A DNA stretch of 63,465 nt, filler included, from Reticulomyxa filosa (taxonomy: Eukaryota; Protista; Foraminifera): NCBI GenBank assembly GCA_000512085.1. It is 26 parts of 26 records of this genome, joined end to end, with 100 filler letters (N's around TTAATTAATTAA, not from the genome) between each part and the next. Parts side by side here need not be neighbours in the genome. Positions count along the whole stretch, not along the records: positions 54,879 to 58,302 come from ASPP01049777.1; positions 58,403 to 60,352 come from ASPP01019620.1; positions 60,453 to 62,233 come from ASPP01033522.1; positions 62,334 to 63,465 come from ASPP01024128.1; 22 more parts are not named here. One strand, written 5' to 3'. The stretch's first letter is position 1. Every line of letters begins with the position of its first letter. Made by a program: the position numbers and the translations under genes. Positions 54,879 to 63,465 of the stretch are shown piece after piece. The notes beneath the pieces were generated by a model that did not search any database, was not told the DNA's origin, and was given only the letters and a program-made list of their open reading frames with translations.

Positions 54879-56560
54879 ATGAATGCGCCAACGGAGTCGT
54901 CAACCAATGCACTAACGCAATCACAATATATTCTTCGACATACTCGCCAACGGGTCACCAATATTTTCTCCAACGTATTCGTAAACTGACGCCCAATACA
55001 AAGCCCAACATATTCCCCAACGAGCGCTCCAACATTAGCCCACGTACTCCCGACTTATTCGCCAACGGAGTCACGACCAATGCCAACGCATTGCCAACAT
55101 ATTCGCAACGGGAGTGCCTATTCTCCAACTTTTCACCGACAGATGTGCCAACAGTCACCAACGTATTCCCACGGATGCACTAACAGTTTCTCCGACATAC
55201 TCGCTAACCTTTCTCCAGCTGACGCTCCAACGTATTCCAACAAATGTCCCGACACGTCACCGACTGATGTTCCAACGCGGTCACCAACTTTTCACCAACG
55301 GGTGTCCAACGGATGCTCCAACATCCTGTACTCACTGCCGCTTCGCCAACAGATGCACCGACATACTCGCCAACTGACTGTCCAGCTTATTCTCCAACGG
55401 GCGCTCCAACGTATTCACAACTTTGGCTCTCCAACGATTCAACCAACTCGCCAACATATTCCCCGATGACAGTCCGATTTATAGTCCAACTCATTCCCAA
55501 CTTATTCACCGACTTTTTCACCAACAGCGCTCCAACGTACAGTCCAACAAACGCTCCAACGAATGCTTAACACAATCACCAACATATTTTCCAACTGACT
55601 CACCACTCCACCATCAACGAATAGTCCAACATTTCTTCAACTTTAACTCGGGCTAATATCGGACTGTCAGTGTATAGTCCGACATACACCAATGGAAGCA
55701 CAAGGAGAGCCCGACTTTGCCCAACAAACCGACTCCAAACCCAGCCAATGCGCCAATATCAGTCCGACTTTAGTCCAACAAATGCCCAACTTACTCTCCA
55801 ACAGGTGCCCCGCCTACGCCCAACAAACGCTCCAACGTATAGTCCGACTGGAAAGTCCAACAAACAGCCAACACCAAATCCAACAAATGCGCCAACCTTC
55901 CAACAGCCAATCAATATTGCCGACGAATGCACCTACTTTCAGTTTAACGAATGCATCTACTTTCAGTCCGACATCAGCCCAACGTACAGTCCAACGCCAA
56001 GTCTCAAACGCTCTACACAGTCGAGTATTCGCCAAAATATTCACCGACATCGAACCGACTTAGTCCACAAATAATGTACGTAAGTCCTACTTTCAGCCCA
56101 ACTATAATCCAACGGAATGTCCAACAAATGCATCCACATTCCAACGTATTCATCAATATATGGTCCGACATACGCCCAACGGAAAGTCCAGCCATTCCCA
56201 AATCCACAAATGCACCGACTTACAGTCCAACGCCAAGACCAACCATGCTCCTACCAACAGTCACATAGCCCAATATCAGTCCAAAAAATGGGCCAACGTA
56301 TGTCCGACATTCGTCCTCGGACAGCCGCTTAAGTCATACTGGTCTACTTAAGCCAACATTAGTCTAACATCGTCCTACGATAGTCCGACGTATTCACTTA
56401 CTTGGGTCCGACGTACAGCCCAACAATCCTACGATTCCCCAACGTATAGTCCAACTCCAACATTCAACACAAAGCCATACAAGCAAACCAACCTATCATC
56501 CAACAAGCAGTCCTGCCTAGTCCAACGGGAATTCCAACAACTACAATTTGCTGCTCTCCC
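54879..56560 (+). repeat. Degenerate coding minisatellite encoding Pro/Thr/Ser repeats (TYSPT-NAPT/DAPT), mucin-like stalk
   Basis: Recurrent 12-bp units ccaac(g/a)..., reading PTYSPTNAPT in shifting frames. Confidence 0.8.
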
Positions 56561-57730
56561 TCTCATCACATTTCTGTGCCTGAATGCACTTTGAACAATG
56601 ACGAAGCTGAATGGGCATTGGGTTGATCGATTATAGTTTAAAGCTCCAAAGATCGTACGTATATACAAACCAAGTTGGTGTATGCGAGAAGTCGTATTTG
56701 AACAACCAACCCAAGTTCCAGTGCCATTGGAGAAATTGTTTTTACAAATTCCTTGCAACGGACTTGTGCATTGGCTTTGTGACCAAAGACATATGGACCT
56801 GATGGATTCACAACAGAATTAACCGAGGATGGGTCTGTGAAGTCGAAGTTACTCATGGCAAGTGTCAATACTTTGGACTAAGGTTATACGAATTGCACGG
56901 TAAAGATTCACGATGTGTGAATGAATATTGGTTCGATGTTTGCGAGGAAATGAATCTGATGATGAATGATGAGGAGGTGCATCATCAAGCGATGACCCCG
57001 AATGTGACGATCGTGAGCCTTGTATTTGGATAGCATGGTGAAGATCTTTACTCAGTTGCCACACTTAACGGTCAGTTGAATATGTATCAATTGTAGTATT
57101 GCCATCAGTAGCATCATACCACGATGTCTAGCGAGTGAACACAAGCAGCGAGTTGACTAACCCATCGTGCAACATGACGATTCACCTGCTCCATTGACTT
57201 ACCATTCATTTCGGAAGTGATTGCAAACCTCGGTCAAACACATACCTGCTGTCAATTACTCAAGATACAACACCTATTGCTGTTGTGCATTCCAATTACT
57301 GCATTTTGAAAATTTGACGTTCAGCCGGTGAGTCCAAACTCTTGACAAGTGTTGAAAGGTGGAATAACGGTGAAAGAAAACGGTGATGCAATATTGGGCG
57401 GATGTTGCAAGAAGTTTCCACTCAGTCCATTCTCCAAATATGCATTGATCCTGAAAGGATTAGGAACAACGCCTTGTATTGTCAAAAGTTGGGGCACATC
57501 TGAAACTGTTCCATGGTCTGGGCAGGACATGACCTCCTCCTCAGTGCCCTGCAATACTCAAGTTCTATTTGGATTTCGGAAAGTAGTAAGTATATTTGAT
57601 AACAGATTGGAGTAGCAATGGGATAAGCGACAGCGCGGCAACAAGGACAGCACTATTGGAACGAAAAACAGCAAGTGGTTGCCTTTGAGAATGAAGCTTG
57701 GAATAAGTTTCACAAAACCAAATGCGTGAA
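56560..57730 (+). pseudogene. Frameshifted C-terminal part of the PT-repeat protein (Cys-containing region)
   Basis: Higher-GC coding-like sequence continuing from the repeat; only short open frames. Confidence 0.35.
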
Positions 57731-59628
57731 GCCTGACCATTTCAGCAAACATTTTATATAAACAATATAAACAAAAGATACCAAGCTCCGACGAAGATGC
57801 CAGTAAATTGTTATTCATCGATTCAAAATGAATCATATGGTCTGTTTTCATTTTTTTTTAGATCGAGTCATGTCACACAGACATTAAAAAAAAAAAAAGA
57901 TGTGGTGGACCAGTATCAAACAAAAAGCAGTCGAAAATGCAAGAAAATTTGCAAGCGATAAATGGAGTGAGTGTGAAAACATCGGACGTGTTTGATAAGC
58001 AATTCACATTATGGAGACATTGAGAATAAAAATATAAAATATGCTGCAAAAAGCATAAAGCGAGTGAAGAATTATCAGTAAAAAAAAAGATGTAAATACC
58101 GTGAAAAAAATGTTATGTGAGCGAAACAAAGGACCACAAGAGAGAAAAACTTCGCGTACAGAGTGCTTATGGATGCAACTGGCCATGGTTATTGTAAAAA
58201 GCAAAAAACACAGTTTGTACTGTGTTTGACCGAATTCAATAATTTTGAAAGAACATTGATTGCTTTGAGATGCAGTTTGTGATGATCGCAATTACGATGC
58301 ACNNNNNNNNNNNNNNNNNNNNNNNNNNNNNNNNNNNNNNNNNNNNTTAATTAATTAANNNNNNNNNNNNNNNNNNNNNNNNNNNNNNNNNNNNNNNNNN
58401 NNCTTATTGCACACAACAGCTCCAATCCGAGAAAGAGCAGCAGTCTGCAGTTATATACATATATTTTTTTGATGAGTCACAATTTGCCAAAGGTAACAAT
58501 AAATAATAATGAGCAACAACAAACAAAAAAACTAAGTATATGGACCCCCAAAGACGAAAGATGTTGCAACATGCTGTGATTGTGGATAAAAAAAGGCACA
58601 AATGAAAAATATTAGTTATGCAGATGTCATTGAATTTTTGATAGAAAAAGGAATAAATATAAAAGACATTGAGCTTGCATTTGCAAGGGCACAGGTCAGG
58701 AATATATTTTTGTATACATATAAAAGGAGGGGAGGGGGGGGAGGATACTGAACCAAAAAAAAAAAGGAACAAGTAATGTCATCCGATGAACGATTGAAAT
58801 ACTTTCAAGATTTAACCTCTTCGAAAGAACAAGAATTAGTTGAACAACAACGCATTAACAAATATTTAACGACAGAACTGACTACACACATACACACACG
58901 TGACATCCATCTTTTGCGACAGTTGCCGAAACAGTCTGGACTTGTTGCGGGAGAGTTTGCCTCACCAATTCGATTTTGCCATCTCCAAAAAAATGGCGGA
59001 TGAATTGAACGACAGAATAAACATAATCAAAGCCGATTTGGAAAAGGCTAACACACTACATGAATCCGCACTAGTCAAAAAATTGCTGTATATTTTGATG
59101 TTAGAACAAAAATGTACATGAAAATAAAATGTGTGACATATAACAAAACCTACAACTACTATCAATAAATATTTAGTTATCGAAATTTAATGTAAATCTA
59201 TTTTAAAAGAAATTTTCCACCTGTTTTGACACGACTCGATTTTTTTGGATTGAAAATCACACATAACTAATCTATTGAATAATTGTATTGTTAGAGAAAA
59301 GAAATCTAATTTTCTCAAAACATATTCAACGTAGAAGCCTAATTTCTTTTAAGGCAATGCGTTAATTAAGCCTTGATAGTAAAGATTATCATGCAACTCT
59401 GTCTTTGATAGTGGGAGACAATAATTTCTTTAATTTTTCTTAACTTTGGTATCATCTAAGTATTATGGATCAGACCAAGAAATGTTACACTTGCAAAGTG
59501 TAACAAATTTAAAAAACAATAATGAAATACGGTTTTTTGTTTGTTTTTTCTTTTTCAAACACGACGTAAGAATTAAAAAGGGAGGGCAATTGTTAATAAA
59601 ATAACGAGCTGCCTAAACTAAAGCAAAG

Positions 59629-60312
59629 ATGCCGTTAAAAGTCAAAAAATTGGGCTTCCATTCGGAAAAGGGTCTAATAATCGTGTTGGTAATAAATTCG
59701 TTGCTAAGTCTTTATTACCTATGGTTGTTTTACGTGATTTGGTGTAAAATGTGGAACGTGACAAGAGAGCGAGTAGCAAGTGAGACGGCAGCAGAAGTTC
59801 AGCTATCGGAGACTCAGAAAAGTACAACCGAAATAAGTGTGAGTGTATCAGTACCAGAAAAGACAATTGAAAAACCCCGAGCAATCGACATCAGGATCAA
59901 ATGGATTGTAACTTTGTACATTCTTGGATGTTTTTTAGCGAATGTCGGAGGTGTATGTGAGCCTCTAGTATATGCGTTGGTGGACTCTCCAGGACAGGCA
60001 TGTCTTTCGGGATTTTACATTGTATACATACGTGTGTTTACTGATGGGTTATTTTATTCGTTTTACTCGATTCGCACGATTGTGCTTCTGCAAAGGACCG
60101 TTTTCGAGATGTCCAAGTGTAAGCAATACTTTTTTGGGATTGCCCCAGTTCTCACCTTTGGCAGTGTGGTCTTTGCTCACAACTTACGCTTGCAACTCTC
60201 TGGCTGCGACAGCGCCAGCTTTGCCGAATATTTGCTTCTTGCAGCAGCCCTTTGTGTGCATGCCTTTTGGAATATTGCTTTATTCATCTTTTTGGTTTAT
60301 CATGTCTACAAA
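59629..60312 (+). CDS. Multi-pass membrane (7TM/GPCR-like) protein, first exon
   Basis: Five hydrophobic helices with extracellular Cys (GQACL, SGCD); ends at a GT donor plus T-tract. Confidence 0.7.
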
Positions 60313-60316
60313 GTTT

Positions 60317-60352
<36 letters not shown>

Positions 60353-60461
60353 NNNNNNNNNNNNNNNNNNNNNNNNNNNNNNNNNNNNNNNNNNNNTTAA
60401 TTAATTAANNNNNNNNNNNNNNNNNNNNNNNNNNNNNNNNNNNNNNNNNNNNAAGAAAAAG

Positions 60462-60494
<33 letters not shown>

Positions 60495-60529
60495 TGTGCA
60501 TTGTAATATGTAGGCGGAGGATATGCCTA

Positions 60530-62110
60530 TTTCTTAAATGAAAAATATCAAATCATGCGATTAAAGTTTTCTCTGTCCTGCGCGAGCATAGCGAAAAAAA
60601 ATCTTGCGACGCATCGTGGTGGCTTGTTGGGGCAAGGAGAGCAACAACACGAAAACCAATTGAAACTGGCCTTCACTGAGTTTGAAGGAGGGACACAGGG
60701 TCATCAACGGGCCAATCGTTTGTTGCAGCAATTGTTGAAAACCGATCCACAAGAGTTACGCTCTATTTATTAATTATCATTATTATTATTATTATTACTT
60801 ATTGTTGTTATTATATACTTTTGATCTTGGATTGACAATTAACTATACTGTGTGGTGAAAAAAACACACATAAAGGTTGTCTTCATGCATTGTCAAATTG
60901 AGTGAGAATATATTAAACTGTTCGCTGTTCGAGTCGTTTACTGATAACAGTTGCAACGGCGCTTCATGCCCAACTCAAAAAAAAAAAGCTGCCTCTTTTT
61001 TTTGTTTGTTTGTTTGTGAGGTTTGAAAAAAGGAACTTGCATTGAGGGTATAATAATAATAATAATAATAAACAACAAAGAAAATCGAGGAAAAAGTGGC
61101 AATGCATTAAGATTGGGGAAGCAACAATTGCTGATTAAGCAAAAAATGTACAATGATTATCTCGAGTTTTTGAAACAGTTCCCACAGTACTCCAATGTGT
61201 TGTGGAATCAACTTGTCTACAAGGCACAGTACACAATTGCAGAACATCGAGAGTTTTTAGAAGGCATATGCATATGTATATGTGTATATAGTGTATGTGT
61301 GTACTATATAAGTAAACAATACATATACATATATTTTTTGTTTTTCTTGTTCAAAAAAAAAAATAGAAACACTAAAACATATAAACAGAGGCATTGGAAT
61401 TGTATTCGTTTATCTCAAGCAATGACAAGGAAAGAGAGTCGAATGAATTGATAATTGAGCAGTCACAAGTGGAAGAAGGTGACGAGACGACAGCGACGAC
61501 GAACGCAAAAGAGCTAATACTAAATGTGACCGTGAGTGATATCCACAAACAACGCTACAACGTGCTTAAGCAAACATTTGTGGATTTGCTCATTCAAACA
61601 GCGTTATTAATTCGCAATGACACGCGATTGATGCTCAGTCATGGATATGATTACTTGGATGTGTTCTTTTTGAAAATTGGAGAAATCAATAACATTTTGG
61701 AATGGGTGCCATTGTTGCTTGAACACTTTATCAACAATCTCTCGCACAGTTATTATCGTCCACCGACCATTGGCCTTCGCGCATCAATTACATGGCAATC
61801 GCAAGCGCAAGCACAGCACCATCACCATCACCACCAATCACCATGACAAACAGGGAGAACTGCATCAACACGTGCGACAAATTATCGAAACGCAATTAGG
61901 AGAACACGTGCAAAACTCGTTGAAGGCATTGGCAGAAAAAAATTTGCTGGTGATCACATCCGATAACGATGTCATTGTCCAAGTCTTGTTGGTTCGCATT
62001 GCATTGCAACTTGTTGACATGATGATCGGAGTGGCCACCAAATACCGACTTGCCAATCCTCCCAATTATCCGCAGCGTCCGACGGACGAATCTCCAGTTC
62101 ATTGCCACAA
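60530..62110 (+). CDS. Hypothetical multi-exon helical protein (partial)
   Basis: Several coding-like open frames separated by microsatellite/homopolymer introns; no family recognised. Confidence 0.45.
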
Positions 62111-62333
62111 ACAAACAAACTTCAACTATACTTTATGTATTCACGTTTTTTTTAACACTAGCAAGCATGTCATTTGTCTTTTTACTTATGTGTTTCTATC
62201 ACAAATATAATGATATATATATATATATATATANNNNNNNNNNNNNNNNNNNNNNNNNNNNNNNNNNNNNNNNNNNNTTAATTAATTAANNNNNNNNNNN
62301 NNNNNNNNNNNNNNNNNNNNNNNNNNNNNNNNN

Positions 62334-62745
62334 CCTGGTGACGGCGTCGCTCTTCGCCGGTGCGGCCTTCTACGTGAGCTTCGCCGAGCATCCAGCGCGG
62401 TCCGAACTCGACGACCGCGCGCAGCTCCAGCAATGGAAGCCCGCCTACAGGCGGGGGACGATCATGCAGGGATCGCTGGCCGCGCTGGGCTTCGTGCTGG
62501 GCATGGCGGCGTGGTGGCAGACGCGCGACGAACTGTACATTGTCGGGGCCATCCTGATGGGGGCGAACTGGGCCTACACGGCGCTGATGATCATGCCGGT
62601 GAACAACGAGCTGAAGGCGATCGAACTCGACGACGCGGGCGAGGACAGCCACACGCTGTTGCGGCGCTGGGGCAAACTCCACGCCAAGCGCACGATGCTG
62701 GGCGTCGGCGCGACCTTGCTGTTTCTCTGGGCGGCGTTGAGCTGA
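62334..62745 (+). CDS. Bacterial DUF1772 / anthrone-oxygenase-like membrane protein (5'-truncated)
   Basis: LFAGAAFYVSFAEHPAR..QWKPAYRRG..IMPVNNEL..LLRRWGKLHAKRT; high-GC codon usage, no introns. Confidence 0.85.
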
Positions 62746-62769
62746 GGTTCGACACGGGGATGACAAATC

Positions 62770-62859
62770 TTGTCATCCTGAGCGACGCGAAGGATCCCAT
62801 GCCCGCCAGAGAGTCCTTCGGTCGCTCCGGCAGGTCCTTCGCTGCGCTCAGGACGACAA
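62770..62859. repeat. Bacterial REP/RPE-like long palindrome between convergent genes (may act as terminator)
   Basis: TTGTCATCCTGAGCGACGCGAAGGATC ... GGTCCTTCGCTGCGCTCAGGACGACAA inverted arms. Confidence 0.8.
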
Positions 62860-63465
62860 TTACGCCGTCGGCAGCTTGTAGTCCTTGAAGTCCTCGCGCA
62901 GGCGGGTCTTCAGGATCTTGCCGGTGGCGGTGTGGGGGATCGCCTCGACGAACTGCACGTCGTCGGGCAGCCACCACTTGGCGACTTTGGTGGCGAGGAA
63001 CTCGACCAGCTCCTGCTTGTCGATCTGGGCGTCGGGCTTCCTGTGGACGATCAGCAGGGGGCGTTCGTCCCATTTCGGGTGGGCGACGCCGATCACCGCG
63101 GCCTCCGCGACCGCGGGATGGGCCATCGCCGCGTTCTCGAGGTCGATCGAACTGATCCACTCGCCGCCGGACTTGATCACGTCCTTGGAACGGTCGGTGA
63201 TCTGCATGTAGCCGTCGGGATCGATCGTGGCGACGTCGCCGGTGGCGAACCAGCCGCCGCCCTTGCCTTCGATCTTCCGCAGCACCTCGCCGCCTTCGCC
63301 CTTGAAGTAGCCCGAGGTGATCCAGGGACCGCGCACCAGCAGGTCGCCGAACGCCTTGCCGTCGCGCGGCAGTTCGTTGCCGGCATCGTCGACGATCATC
63401 ATCTCGACGCCGTAGGGCGGGCGGCCCTGCTTCAACCGCACCTGCAGCAGGTCCGCCGGAGTGAA
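62860..63465 (-). CDS. Bacterial fatty-acid/3-methylmercaptopropionate--CoA ligase (AlkK/DmdB-like), C-terminal part
   Basis: [63 protein letters not shown]. Confidence 0.93.
   Translation of the reverse strand, partial: FTPADLLQVRLKQGRPPYGVEMMIVDDAGNELPRDGKAFGDLLVRGPWITSGYFKGEGGEVLRKIEGKGGGWFATGDVATIDPDGYMQITDRSKDVIKSGGEWISSIDLENAAMAHPAVAEAAVIGVAHPKWDERPLLIVHRKPDAQIDKQELVEFLATKVAKWWLPDDVQFVEAIPHTATGKILKTRLREDFKDYKLPTA

Noticed and set aside
54879-56560. RNA polymerase II CTD (YSPTSPS)
   Set aside because: The period is 4/8 aa (PTYSPTNA), not a heptad, and no RPB1 sequence is adjacent
62278-63211. Long overlapping Arg/Ala-rich ORFs in the bacterial contig
   Set aside because: High-GC shadow ORFs of the two real genes

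Overview
The window is not one locus. It is a concatenation of 26 short assembly contigs joined by 25 artificial 100-bp spacers (N44-TTAATTAATTAA-N44). Twenty-five contigs are very AT-rich, intron-containing eukaryotic DNA. Their expanded WD40, kelch-like, RING/TRAF and 7TM families and many pseudogenes resemble a foraminiferan such as Reticulomyxa (inference). Recognisable genes or fragments include NAC-beta/BTF3, MLH3, VAC14, a CaMK-like kinase, TBC, RGS, dual-specificity phosphatase, PDZ and RanBP2-ZnF proteins, importin-5 and Rac pseudogenes, and gypsy-integrase and non-LTR retrotransposon remnants. The last contig is GC-rich bacterial DNA (DUF1772, an acyl-CoA ligase and a REP-like palindrome). 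The most striking signal is two unlinked tRNA-scaffolded RNA genes (7849-8155 minus; 16442-16855 plus). Each has a tRNA acceptor stem, D-arm and T-arm, but the anticodon loop is replaced by a roughly 250-350 nt, G-U-rich, highly base-paired insert, and the two inserts share a homologous helix. A second notable item is an apparently intact gene fusing a PUD-1/2-like domain to a permuted papain-like (H..NCQ) domain. All folding and domain calls were made by eye, with no searches run.
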